Assembly: GCA_963731265.1 (NCBI GenBank)
Contig: CAVSUE010000001.1
Span: 416,001 to 480,000 of the forward strand
Length of the DNA: 64,000 bases
Origin: an uncultured Verrucomicrobiae bacterium
GTDB taxonomy: Bacteria; Chlamydiota; Chlamydiia; Chlamydiales; Rhabdochlamydiaceae
Direction: 5' to 3'
Shown: positions 1 to 9,618 of the stretch, piece after piece
How the letters are laid out: each line of letters starts with the position of its first letter
Numbering within the stretch: the first letter of the stretch is position 1
Notes under the pieces: model-generated
The model's input: the letters and a program-made list of their open reading frames with translations, nothing else
Databases searched by the model: none
What the model was told of the DNA's origin: nothing
Translations under genes and position numbers: made by a program

Positions 1-387
1 ACCGTTGGTGACCACGACCCTTCCCGCAATGGCCAAATCGCGGTTAAGCCAGGACGTCAGCAGAGGACTTCCGTAAATTTCGACGCCGAACTGGGTCATA
101 TTGGCACTCTGGTAGGCGGGCGTCGGTTTGAGTTTAAGCGCAGGGCTATCTGTATGCGATGCCAGGATCATCGCCTGCGTAGGCTTAGTTTTCGGCAAAG
201 AGAATGCGCACAAGGCGCCGCCCCTAGCGGTGAAGTACTTTTTTCCCAATTCCAGATCCCATTTCTCTTCTTCGTTTAACGGGTGAAAGTCGCGTATTGC
301 TAAACGGTTGCCGATTTCTTTAACAGCATGCCAGGATGTGGGAGAACTGTCGAGAAATGCCTTAAAGTCTGTCAAAATGTGGGACAT
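1..387 (-). CDS. M18 family aminopeptidase (5' part; runs off window start)
   Basis: Manual translation from ATG 387: MSHILTDFKAFLDSSPTSWHAV...ASHTDSPALKLKP...GVEIYGSPLLTSWLNRDLAIAGRV. These are typical M18 motifs. GAGGA RBS upstream. Confidence 0.85.
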   Translation of the reverse strand, partial: MSHILTDFKAFLDSSPTSWHAVKEIGNRLAIRDFHPLNEEEKWDLELGKKYFTARGGALCAFSLPKTKPTQAMILASHTDSPALKLKPTPAYQSANMTQFGVEIYGSPLLTSWLNRDLAIAGRVVVTNG

Positions 388-395
388 CTTTCCTC

Positions 396-1676
396 TTACG
401 CTCTTGGAATCAGCTCTTTGATTCCATTCAAATACTTGTGTAATACCACAGGAAGCGTTACAGAGCCATCTTCCTTTTGATTATTTTCCAGCAGAGCGAC
501 CATGAGGCGAGAGGTGGCAAGGCCGGAACCATTCAGCGTATAGACGAACTCAGGTTTTTCTTCTCTGTGCCGAAAACGGATCTGAGATCTGCGCGCTTGA
601 TAATCGGTGCAATTGGAGATCGAGGAAACCTCATAATAGCGGTTTTGGCCGGGAAGATAGACCTCGATATCGACGGTTTTTGCAGCTTGAAAGGACATAT
701 CACCTGTCACGAGCAGCATATTGCGGTAGTGAAGGCCGAGCCCTTGCAGAACGGTTTCCGCGCTTGTCATCATCTCATCGAACATTTGGTCGCCTTGCTC
801 CGGCTTGGTGAACGCGAACATTTCGACTTTATTGAACTGGTGCATCCGAATGAGGCCGCGCTCTTGCGAGCCGGCAGCCCCCGCCTCGCGACGGAAACAG
901 GGCGTATATGCGACGAATTTTTTCGGCAGCTCTTCTTCTTTGAGGATTTCGTCGTAATACAATCCATTGAGAGCGACCTCGGAGGTCGGGATCAAATAGA
1001 GCTGATGGTCTTCATCGGAGATTTTAAATAGCTGCTTCTCAAATTTCGGCAATTGCCCTGAGCCGAACATGATTTCGGGTCTCACAAGATGCGGCGGCAT
1101 ACACATCTGAAATCCATTTTCAAGGTGAATGTCGATCATGTAATTGATCAAGGCCCATTCCAGGCGGGCGCCCATGTCCCGGTAAACAGGCCATCCGCTG
1201 CCGGAAATCTTGGCGCCGCGCTTAAAGTCAAATAAGCCCAGTCGCTCATTGAGCTCGATATGGTTTTTGAAAGGGAATGAAAACGTCGGTTTTTGCCCGA
1301 CCGTTTTAATGCACACATTGTCTTTGGGGTCTAAGGACACTTTAATTTCATCGCGGGGCAAATTCGGCAGGCAGGCCAACTTTTGGTTCAACTCGTGTTC
1401 AAGCATGGAGAGTTCATGGTCTAAAATCGCAATTTTCTCGCCAAGGCCGGAGACTTCTCCCATGAGGTCGGCAACATCTTGCTTTTGCCGTTTTTTCTCG
1501 CCAATTTCCTTGGAAAGATGATTACGCGACGCTTTGAGTTCTTCCACATTCATCTTAACAACGCGGATCCGGTCATCAAGAGCGGCGATTGCAGACAAAT
1601 CGATCTCGGGGTCTTTGGTTTTTAATTTTTTTTCGACAGCCGCCTTATCGGCCCGAATGAGCTTGATGTCGATCAT
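396..1676 (-). CDS. serS: Serine--tRNA ligase
   Basis: MIDIKLIR N-terminus, coiled-coil arm, LIPTSEV, FRREAGAAG, GLIRMHQFNKVE, EVSSISNCTDYQARR, TLNGSGLA. Confidence 0.98.
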   Translation of the reverse strand: MIDIKLIRADKAAVEKKLKTKDPEIDLSAIAALDDRIRVVKMNVEELKASRNHLSKEIGEKKRQKQDVADLMGEVSGLGEKIAILDHELSMLEHELNQKLACLPNLPRDEIKVSLDPKDNVCIKTVGQKPTFSFPFKNHIELNERLGLFDFKRGAKISGSGWPVYRDMGARLEWALINYMIDIHLENGFQMCMPPHLVRPEIMFGSGQLPKFEKQLFKISDEDHQLYLIPTSEVALNGLYYDEILKEEELPKKFVAYTPCFRREAGAAGSQERGLIRMHQFNKVEMFAFTKPEQGDQMFDEMMTSAETVLQGLGLHYRNMLLVTGDMSFQAAKTVDIEVYLPGQNRYYEVSSISNCTDYQARRSQIRFRHREEKPEFVYTLNGSGLATSRLMVALLENNQKEDGSVTLPVVLHKYLNGIKELIPRA

Positions 1677-1707
1677 TTTTATGCCGCTCCAATTGTATAA
1701 CTTTGCA

Positions 1708-1736
1708 AATATAGAATCTTAATACCTAATTGTCAA
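1708..1736 (-). promoter_or_regulatory. Sigma66/sigma70-type promoter of serS
   Basis: Minus strand TTGACA-17 nt-TATATT about 30 nt upstream of the ATG. Confidence 0.65.
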
Positions 1737-1831
1737 CCTTGGGGGCGCGCGTAAAAAATAAATTGAATAGTAATATTAATTTATGTTATTTATGTAATTA
1801 AGTGTCAAAAAGAGTTTGTGGATCATTTATT

Positions 1832-4231
1832 ATGAGAAAGTATTTTCCTCTTATTTCAATGATATTGATCTTTCCCGGGTTTTCAGAGGAGTTAATCAAT
1901 CAATGCAGTTTCACTCCCGAGATTGATTATGAGATAGTTTTCATCAGTGAAAAACAAACCAGCTCCTATCAAAAGTTTTCAAAGGAAAAAAACAAGCTCA
2001 TCGAGATAAAAAAACAACTTATCGACAAAGAAAAGCAACTCATTCAAAGAAACAGAGAACTTGTCGCAAGGGAAAAAGAAATTGAAAGACAAAGACAGCT
2101 TCTCAAACAGGAAAGAGAAGATCAGCTCTTCTTGAACGCAAACAAAGAACAACAGTTATCGGTCCAGGCTGAATCGCAAGACATCCGAAGCGACCTTCAA
2201 CCGACGAGCCCGCCGCGCCCTGTCCTGGCGCCTAACAAAGAAGGTGTCGAGAAATGCCGCTCCCCTTTTCGCAACACGCATATAGGTGTGCGCCATACAG
2301 AGGCGCGGGGTGTGGGTTACAAAGATGGGTATACAACTCTAGAAGGATTCGGGATTTATGGCGAATCTTCTTCATGGATGCCTTTTTTTGATATTCGGGG
2401 ACACGTCTTTGATAATGGCAAATTTGCAGGCAATGTCGGAATTGGAATGAGAAACTACTTGCCGTCGATCGATCATTATTTTGGCGGGTACTTGTATTAC
2501 GATGTTCGCCAAAGTACTCACGGTTTGATGCCTCAACAGCTGAGCCCGGGAATGGAGTTGCTTGGAAAGCGCATGGAATATCGGATCAATGGATACTTTC
2601 CTGTAGGGAATGATGGAGGCAGAAAATATGATTTCAAATTCGAGGAATTCGAAGGGAATCGGATCATCGTCAAAGGTAAACAACAGCGCACCATGACGGG
2701 GGGAGATGCGGAAATCGGCGTCCATGTGACCCAAAGTACAAAATATGATGTCTATGCCGGCGCCGGACCTTATTATTTTACCGCCTCCGATCGGTCCTCC
2801 TGGGGAGGCAAAGCACGGCTGCTCGGGCGCTATAAGCAATGGGTTTCCCTCGAAGCTTCGTATTCTTATGACCGCCTTTTTGGAAACGTTGTGCAAGGAA
2901 CAATTTCCCTTAACGCTCCTTTTGGCAGCAAAATCAGACAAAAAGGAAAAACATGCAATGATCAGGTCAATCTCGCTCTCGGCCGCGTCGCCTATTCTCC
3001 CTACCGATTTGAAATTCCTGTTGTGAAAAAAATCACCAAAAAAACAAAGGCGGTCAATCCCGCTACAAACGATCCCTGGAAAGTGTGGTTTGTCAACAAC
3101 ACGAGCAGTTCGGATGGAACATTCGAAAGCCCCTTCCCGACATTGGCGCAAGCGCAAAACGCTTCTTCTCCAAATGATATGATCTATGTTTTCCCTGGGG
3201 ACGGCACGACGACGGGCATGAACATGGGAATCGTTCTCCAAAACGGCCAGGATCTATTCGGCTCAGGGATCTCCCACACGATTAAGACAAAACAAGGGAA
3301 AATCAAAATTCCGGCCTTTTCCACCACAGCTCCCAACATCACTAATGCGACGAGCATCGTCACCTTAGCTAACGACAATGAAGTATCGGGCTTTAACATT
3401 CTCGCTACCCAAATCAATTCGATTGGGATCAATGGGACCTCGGGCATTCAAAACACCAATATCAATCACAACGTCATTTCAGGAAGCATCGATTATTCAG
3501 GCATCTTTGTTATCGCAGGAGGAAAGCTGTTTGTCAGAGATAACCAGCTGACTGGAGCATTCAGCACCGTGAACGATGGCATACATATACAAAATCCAAT
3601 GCAGTCAGGAATCGATGTCAATGTTTCTAACAATACCATCTATGGTTTCCACAATGGAATTCGCGTGGGGCCCCCCGCTCCGCTAAAGGCTACAGGAGCT
3701 GTCTTAATTTCAAACAATTTCATCTCAAACTTTAGCAGTTTTGGAATCGACTATGAAACCGGGATGCTAAATTCTACGACTCAGATCGAAGACAATACTG
3801 TGATTAATAATGTGGGTATAAATACGTCAATAGGTATCGCAGTGATTCTCAATAACGCGCCTAATGCAGGGACGTGTTACATCACAGGCAACTCGGTGAC
3901 GACCACGACTTCGGCTGGCCTATCGTATGGCGTGTTAACCGAAATAGGCTCGCCTCAGCCCATGTCGGCGACTTTCATCATCTCGGATAATGGGATACTC
4001 ACAGGACCCACTGCTGGTTCAGTTGGGTTAAATATAAGATCTAATAATGCACCCGCTAGCATTTGTGCAGACGTGACTAACAACACAGTCCAGCTGCAGG
4101 CACCGAATACTTTCGGCCTTTCGGTCACGGCTATGGGATCTGTCAATTTCGAAGAGGCTTCATTCTCCAACAACGTGTTCCCAAATATTAGCTTCACGGG
4201 AGATGTCAACTTCGTCGAAAGCTGCCAGTAG
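1832..4231 (+). CDS. Inverse-autotransporter beta-domain outer membrane protein with beta-helix-like passenger
   Basis: Signal peptide, coiled coil, barrel segment with GNVGIG.R...YLYYD...QQLSPGMELLG...RINGYFPVG, then DGTFESPF and Asn/Ile/Gly-rich parallel beta-helix-like repeats. Confidence 0.7.
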   Translation: MRKYFPLISMILIFPGFSEELINQCSFTPEIDYEIVFISEKQTSSYQKFSKEKNKLIEIKKQLIDKEKQLIQRNRELVAREKEIERQRQLLKQEREDQLFLNANKEQQLSVQAESQDIRSDLQPTSPPRPVLAPNKEGVEKCRSPFRNTHIGVRHTEARGVGYKDGYTTLEGFGIYGESSSWMPFFDIRGHVFDNGKFAGNVGIGMRNYLPSIDHYFGGYLYYDVRQSTHGLMPQQLSPGMELLGKRMEYRINGYFPVGNDGGRKYDFKFEEFEGNRIIVKGKQQRTMTGGDAEIGVHVTQSTKYDVYAGAGPYYFTASDRSSWGGKARLLGRYKQWVSLEASYSYDRLFGNVVQGTISLNAPFGSKIRQKGKTCNDQVNLALGRVAYSPYRFEIPVVKKITKKTKAVNPATNDPWKVWFVNNTSSSDGTFESPFPTLAQAQNASSPNDMIYVFPGDGTTTGMNMGIVLQNGQDLFGSGISHTIKTKQGKIKIPAFSTTAPNITNATSIVTLANDNEVSGFNILATQINSIGINGTSGIQNTNINHNVISGSIDYSGIFVIAGGKLFVRDNQLTGAFSTVNDGIHIQNPMQSGIDVNVSNNTIYGFHNGIRVGPPAPLKATGAVLISNNFISNFSSFGIDYETGMLNSTTQIEDNTVINNVGINTSIGIAVILNNAPNAGTCYITGNSVTTTTSAGLSYGVLTEIGSPQPMSATFIISDNGILTGPTAGSVGLNIRSNNAPASICADVTNNTVQLQAPNTFGLSVTAMGSVNFEEASFSNNVFPNISFTGDVNFVESCQ

Positions 4232-4347
4232 TTAAGGGGCGTAAGCCTCATCCGTTCTGGAGTATAATAAATAATTTACTTCGCAGGCCTTTTATCCTTG
4301 AATTGGGGGGGATTGTATGCTAATCTTGCCAAAAAAAGGATCCCTCT

Positions 4348-5484
4348 ATGGCTAAATTTCCGGTCGCTCAAAACCCGCTGCTCCTCCGCTATCACCGACT
4401 CATGGACGCTTTTGCTAAATCCGACGATGAACGCGATTTTTATCTCGATAAGATAGAAGGGTTTATAGTTTATGCCGACATGGACAAAGGACCAAAAGAA
4501 ATCGAGGATTTGGATGTGGAGCTCGCGGCAAATGCTGAGCGCTACTGCATGCTTCCAAAAATGACTTTCTATGAAACTAAAAAATTCATGGAAGGGTTTG
4601 TTAATGAAAAAGTTTACGATATTGATACGAAGGAAAAGCTTCTCGACATCATCCAATCCAAAGAAGCGCGCGATAACTTCTTAGAATTCATCTACGACCA
4701 TTTAACGGAACTGGAAAAATGGCAGCAGTATTACGTCGAGCGTTCGCGCATCCGCATCATTGAATGGCTGCGTTCGCAAAATATTCAATTCGTTTTCGAA
4801 GAAGATCTCGACATTAATAAAAACATGATGGAAAAGCTGAAGCGGCATTTGTTCGATGCGAAAGTGCCTAAAGAAATCGCTGCGGTCCGCGAAGCCCTCG
4901 TCGCGAAAGCGAAAACTTACTATTCGAATGAGGCATTAAATCCTCGCCCCAAGCGCGGAAGGCCGCCGAAGCAAGTGGCCAAGGTTGAGGTTGAACCTCA
5001 AGTGACCGTCGACATGTACACAACTGTCCCTCTTCCTTGCCGGCTCTTTCTCTACCTTCCGGAAATTTCAAACGCCGCAAGCGTGACCTTCTCCGCCAAA
5101 TTCGATACGGAGGCTCAACTTCTTGCAAGTTTACGGGGCAGCACGCGCGTAAAAGTCGATACGCGTCTTCAAGCGCTTTCCGAGCGCCTTGAATCGCTGA
5201 GAACATTGTCTAGCCGCCTTGCGGGGATTGAAGATCTCACGGGTGGTGTCGAAGGGCGCCTGATCAAAGCCGTCAGCAAGAAAACGGAAGCATTAAAAGA
5301 GGACGAAGAAGTCGAAGATGGCGACCATCCGCCGAAAAAAAGGCGCATTATGGAAGTGGTTAAAGGGTTTCTTCCCGGTGGTAAGAACAAAGAGAAGAGC
5401 TTGGCTAAGCCTGAGTCGGAAGTGAAAAAGCCCGGCGTCAAGATGGTCACCAAAATCGAATCCAAAAAACCCAAGAAGAAGTGA
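4348..5484 (+). CDS. UPF0158 family protein (conserved chlamydial protein)
   Basis: QNPLLLR...LMDAFAKSDDERDFYLD...FYETKKFMEGFVNEKVYDIDTKEK and NPRPKRGRPPK, recognised chlamydial motifs. Confidence 0.75.
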   Translation: MAKFPVAQNPLLLRYHRLMDAFAKSDDERDFYLDKIEGFIVYADMDKGPKEIEDLDVELAANAERYCMLPKMTFYETKKFMEGFVNEKVYDIDTKEKLLDIIQSKEARDNFLEFIYDHLTELEKWQQYYVERSRIRIIEWLRSQNIQFVFEEDLDINKNMMEKLKRHLFDAKVPKEIAAVREALVAKAKTYYSNEALNPRPKRGRPPKQVAKVEVEPQVTVDMYTTVPLPCRLFLYLPEISNAASVTFSAKFDTEAQLLASLRGSTRVKVDTRLQALSERLESLRTLSSRLAGIEDLTGGVEGRLIKAVSKKTEALKEDEEVEDGDHPPKKRRIMEVVKGFLPGGKNKEKSLAKPESEVKKPGVKMVTKIESKKPKKK

Positions 5485-5490
5485 GGGGTC

Positions 5491-7728
5491 ATGGAGCCAG
5501 TTGCAAAACTCCACCCCAGCGAAAAATCGAGGATTTTGGCGATTTCTGGCCAGGACCTGCATGCAGGTCCGGCCGGCGGTGGCGAAGACATATTTGGGAA
5601 AGTAGAAAAGCCGCCGCCGGGGCAAGGCGCGCCAAAAGAACGATTTTCCGCGGCGAAGAGTTTTGCAACTGGCTCACCGGTCTATCAAGAGCTCGAAGTC
5701 ATCGAAGATGCCCAAATCAATGGCAAAGAGAAATGTCTTAAAGTTCTTGAAGCCATGTACTGGACCCGTTTTGCCGATGAGAAAATGCAAAAGCTCATCC
5801 GCCAAAATAAAGGTGGCACTTTTCATCTTTGCGTCTCCGGCCATGAAATGACCGGCGCCGTCTGCGCGCTTTCCTTGACGCCTGGAAAAGATTGGGGCCT
5901 GCCCTATTACCGCGACCGCGCTTTTGCCATTGGGATCGGCTGTTCGCTTCGAGATATCATCGGCGCATGCCTCTCCCGCGCCGTCCCTCATCATTCCGGG
6001 GGCAGAATGATGCCGGAACATTTCACGCACAAAGGATTGCGGATCCCTTGCCAATCGAGCTGCGTCGGGTCGCAATTTCTACACGCTGTCGGTGTGGCCA
6101 AAGGGATCCAGCTTGCGGGCAAGGACGAGGTTGTCTATGTCTCTGCTGGAGACGGAGCTACTTCGCAAGGCGATTTCCATGAAGCGCTCAATTTTGCCTG
6201 CCTCCATTCTTTAAGTGTTATCTTCGTCATTCAGGACAACGGCTGGGCGATCTCGGTTCCGGTCAGAGATCAAACCGCAGGCGGGACGATCGTCAAATTG
6301 GCGCAAGGCTATGAAGGGCTGTCTGTCTTTGATGTCGACGGTTGCAATTACGAAGAGATTTCCAAAGCGATGTCGGCAGCTGTCGTCAAGGGTCGCGCAA
6401 AAGAAGGGCCAAGCCTGATCGTCGCCAAAGTGCCGCGCATCGGGGCTCATAGCAGCAGCGACGACCCCTCCAAATACAAAGAAAAAGGCTGCATCGAAGA
6501 AGAGAAAGCAAGAGACCCGATTCCCCGTTTTGAGTCCTGGTTGTTGGATATGGGGCTTATCTCTTTAGAAGAACTTGAAAGAATGAAAGAGCGTTGTTTG
6601 CATCAAGTGGAGTCTGCCTCTTTGGAAGCGGAACAGATTCCCTTCCCTGAAAAAGGAACGGCCACTAAAGGGGTCTTCAAAGACGTCGACGTTTCTCAAT
6701 TCACTCCTTTTTCTGAAGAGGATTCTCCTTCTGCGACCGATAGCATCGTCATGATGGACGCGTTAAACCACGCCTTGGACGAAGAGATGAAGCGCGACCC
6801 TCAAGTTATCGTGTTCGGCCAGGATGTCGCTCATGGAAAAGGCGGAGTCTTTGGCATCACGCGTCATTTGACAGAGAAACACGGTGTGGAGCGCTGTTTC
6901 AATTCGCCTCTCGCCGAATCGAGCATCATCGGAATCGCGATGGGTATGTCGATGGCGGGCTGCAAGCCTGTGGCAGAAATTCAGTTTGCCGATTACATGT
7001 GGACGGGCGTCAATCAGCTCTTCAATGAACTCGCCAGCCTCTATTACCGCGCCAACGGCGAGTGGCATTGCCCCGTCGTACTACGCATGCCTTACGGAGG
7101 CTATATTCAAGGTGGCCCATACCATTCGCAGAGCATCGAAGCATTCTTAGCCCACGCCCCGGGCCTTAAAGTCGTTGTCCCGAGCAATGCGGCCGATGCG
7201 AAACGCCTCCTCAAAGCTGCGATACGCGATCCCAATCCTGTTATTTTTCTGGAACACAAAGCCCTTTACCGCCAGCGCGTTTTTTGTGCCCGGAAAGAGC
7301 CAAAAGACAACGAACTTCAACCGTTCGGAAAGGCGAAAGTCATCCGCAGTGGGGATGATATCACCTTGGTTTGCTGGGGAATGATGGTCTTCATGGCCTC
7401 GCAAGTCGCCGATACTCTTGCCAAAGAAGGCATTTCTGTGGAAGTGATCGATCTGCGCACGATTGTGCCTCTCGATATGCCGACTGTGCTGGAGTCGGTG
7501 CGCAAAACAGGTAAAGTCCTCGTTGCGCACGAAGCGGCGCGAACATGTGGTTTTGGCGCAGAAATTTCCGCCCGGATCGTTGAAGAAGCCTTCCAATACC
7601 TAGATGCCCCCGTGCAACGCGTCACTGGCAAAGATTGTCCCGTCCCTTACTGCAAAGATCTCGAAGATGAGGTCTTGCCCCAGATCAAAGATTTAGAAAA
7701 AGGAATCCGCGACCTCGTCAGTTTTTAA
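5491..7728 (+). CDS. 2-oxoacid (2-oxoisovalerate/pyruvate) dehydrogenase E1 fused alpha/beta subunit, with an N-terminal in-frame palindromic insert
   Basis: TPP motif GDGATSQGDFHEALN, HSSSDD, beta-subunit motifs VFGQDV, EIQFADY, HSQS, EVIDLRT. GAGG RBS before the ATG. Confidence 0.92.
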   Translation: MEPVAKLHPSEKSRILAISGQDLHAGPAGGGEDIFGKVEKPPPGQGAPKERFSAAKSFATGSPVYQELEVIEDAQINGKEKCLKVLEAMYWTRFADEKMQKLIRQNKGGTFHLCVSGHEMTGAVCALSLTPGKDWGLPYYRDRAFAIGIGCSLRDIIGACLSRAVPHHSGGRMMPEHFTHKGLRIPCQSSCVGSQFLHAVGVAKGIQLAGKDEVVYVSAGDGATSQGDFHEALNFACLHSLSVIFVIQDNGWAISVPVRDQTAGGTIVKLAQGYEGLSVFDVDGCNYEEISKAMSAAVVKGRAKEGPSLIVAKVPRIGAHSSSDDPSKYKEKGCIEEEKARDPIPRFESWLLDMGLISLEELERMKERCLHQVESASLEAEQIPFPEKGTATKGVFKDVDVSQFTPFSEEDSPSATDSIVMMDALNHALDEEMKRDPQVIVFGQDVAHGKGGVFGITRHLTEKHGVERCFNSPLAESSIIGIAMGMSMAGCKPVAEIQFADYMWTGVNQLFNELASLYYRANGEWHCPVVLRMPYGGYIQGGPYHSQSIEAFLAHAPGLKVVVPSNAADAKRLLKAAIRDPNPVIFLEHKALYRQRVFCARKEPKDNELQPFGKAKVIRSGDDITLVCWGMMVFMASQVADTLAKEGISVEVIDLRTIVPLDMPTVLESVRKTGKVLVAHEAARTCGFGAEISARIVEEAFQYLDAPVQRVTGKDCPVPYCKDLEDEVLPQIKDLEKGIRDLVSF
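5494..5675. mobile_element. RPE-like palindromic element/MITE inserted in frame in the E1 gene
   Basis: Perfect 18-bp terminal inverted repeats GAGCCAGTTGCAAAACTC (5494-5511) / GAGTTTTGCAACTGGCTC (5658-5675); internal hairpin GGACCTGCATGCAGGTCC. Confidence 0.8.
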
Positions 7729-8606
7729 AAGGGGTGAAACACCTGCCGTAGCTTGTGTTGGAACATCAGCAATTCAGGGTCATTGGGGTAACTTCGCACT
7801 GCAAAAGTTAATGTGTCCGCTGCCTCTCTGAACATTCCAAGACAAAAGAAATTTCCAATTTTATTTATGAGTGCGAATAGGTTGTGAGGATGTAATTGAA
7901 GGACTTTATCGGTGAGGACAAGAGAATTTCTATACTTACCCAAATGGTATAAGGCTGTTCCTTTATTGATCAAAGCAATAACGTTATCAGAATTAATGAA
8001 AAGTGCGCTTTCTGCAGCTTGATTACACTCCTGCCATTGATGCATCAGCCGCAAAACTTCGGATTTACAAGCATAAGCTTCTGCATTCTGTGGATTAGCC
8101 TCAATCGCAAGATTGGCATGATAAACAACTTGGTTATAATGCTCCCTCCTCTCGGTTTTTAAAAGGGTAATGGCAAGCTCAAGTTCTCTTCTTGAAAATG
8201 TATAATCTAGGGGAACCGGGCCTGACGTCAGTTCGTAACTGTGCGTAATTTCTTGGGGTTCATAAGTTGGAGCATTGAATGGTCGGAGGTTCTGAGAATC
8301 CCTAACATGCTCTTGTTGCGGAACATAATTTAGCCTAAAATTCAAGTCTTGCACGGTTTGTTGCAGCGTTGCATTTTCGTGCTCGAGTTGCGCCACTCTA
8401 GCTTTCAAATAATCACGTTCAGCAGTCATCATAGTCAATGGCGTATTTGCCACAAGTTGATCAAACGAAATTTGCATGATTGGTAACGGACGCCCAGGCT
8501 GTGGCGAATCTGTTTGGAGAGGAGGTAAAACATACCCATATGGATGATGAAGGGCCTCGGCAGGTGGAGAAACAAGATATGATATTTGGATGTTTTGCAT
8601 GCTCAT
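7725..8606 (-). CDS. TPR-repeat protein with Pro/Gln-rich N-terminus (candidate effector)
   Basis: Repeats such as AIEANPQNAEAYACKS, ALINKGTALYHLGKY, LQLHPHNLFALINK. AAGGAG RBS supports ATG 8606. Confidence 0.75.
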   Translation of the reverse strand: MSMQNIQISYLVSPPAEALHHPYGYVLPPLQTDSPQPGRPLPIMQISFDQLVANTPLTMMTAERDYLKARVAQLEHENATLQQTVQDLNFRLNYVPQQEHVRDSQNLRPFNAPTYEPQEITHSYELTSGPVPLDYTFSRRELELAITLLKTERREHYNQVVYHANLAIEANPQNAEAYACKSEVLRLMHQWQECNQAAESALFINSDNVIALINKGTALYHLGKYRNSLVLTDKVLQLHPHNLFALINKIGNFFCLGMFREAADTLTFAVRSYPNDPELLMFQHKLRQVFHPF

Positions 8607-8633
8607 AGATAATAAACTCCTTAGAAGAGGAGA

Positions 8634-8663
8634 ATTATACTTATCACGAAACATTTGTGTAAA
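8634..8663 (-). promoter_or_regulatory. Putative sigma66 promoter of the TPR gene
   Basis: Minus strand TTTACA-18 nt-TATAAT. Confidence 0.5.
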
Positions 8664-8766
8664 GGACCTTGCGACTCCATCAACCCCTCATTAGGGCTTG
8701 ATAGAGCACCAGTTGTGAAGAATCAGCCATGCTGTTAAAACATGAGCCGAAATATTCGAGCTAAAA

Positions 8767-9540
8767 ATGATTGGTTTTTGTCCACTGGCCTCCGGATCGA
8801 AGGGAAACTGCATTTATTTGGGAACCTTGACCACGAAAATCCTCATCGATGCAGGGATCAGCGCAAAAGCGATCCGTGAGCGGCTCAAAACGATTGGCGT
8901 AACTTTAGAGGAGATCGATGCGGTCCTCATCACGCATGAGCATACGGACCATATGCAAGCGTTGGATGTTTTGGGCTGTAAGATGCGGATCCCGGTGTTT
9001 GCCAATAGCGATACGGCAAAAGCGATCTATGGGATTTTAAACGAGTGCCCCAAATTTAAGATCTTCTCCACGGGCGAGACATTTGAATATGGCGATCTTG
9101 AAGTCCACCCCTTCAGCGTGCAGCACGATGCTGTCGATCCTGTGGCCTTCACGATACGAACAGGTGGTTTGAAGCTAGGCTTTTGTACAGATCTCGGATT
9201 TGTAACGAGCTTGGTCTCAAACCAATTGAAAGGTTGCGATTACTTATACGTCGAGGCTAATCATGAGCCCTCCATGGTCCTCGCCTCTCCGCGGCCAAAG
9301 ATCTACAAGCAACGCGTCTTGAGCAGGCAGGGCCATCTTTCGAATGAGGAATGCGCTCAACTCATCGAGCAAATCTATCACAGCGATTTAAAGCATATCC
9401 ATCTGGCCCATATTTCTAGCGAATGTAATGCTCCCGAAGCCGCTCTAAAGCGCATCATGGATAAGCTTGATTCATTAAATGCTTTAACCGAAGTTTCTAT
9501 CGCTTTTCAAGATGTTCTGAGTAGAAAGATCACTTTCTAA
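8767..9540 (+). CDS. MBL-fold metallo-hydrolase (YycJ/WalJ-like)
   Basis: LASGSKGN, IDAG, THEHTDH, HDAVDP, TDLG, EANH, GHLSN, LAHIS. Confidence 0.9.
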   Translation: MIGFCPLASGSKGNCIYLGTLTTKILIDAGISAKAIRERLKTIGVTLEEIDAVLITHEHTDHMQALDVLGCKMRIPVFANSDTAKAIYGILNECPKFKIFSTGETFEYGDLEVHPFSVQHDAVDPVAFTIRTGGLKLGFCTDLGFVTSLVSNQLKGCDYLYVEANHEPSMVLASPRPKIYKQRVLSRQGHLSNEECAQLIEQIYHSDLKHIHLAHISSECNAPEAALKRIMDKLDSLNALTEVSIAFQDVLSRKITF

Positions 9541-9618
9541 ATCGGATCGTTACCCACATCTCGCCCATATAGCTGCTTTCAGCTATTGACTTCGCCATTC
9601 GGACCGCCTGGGTTCCAT

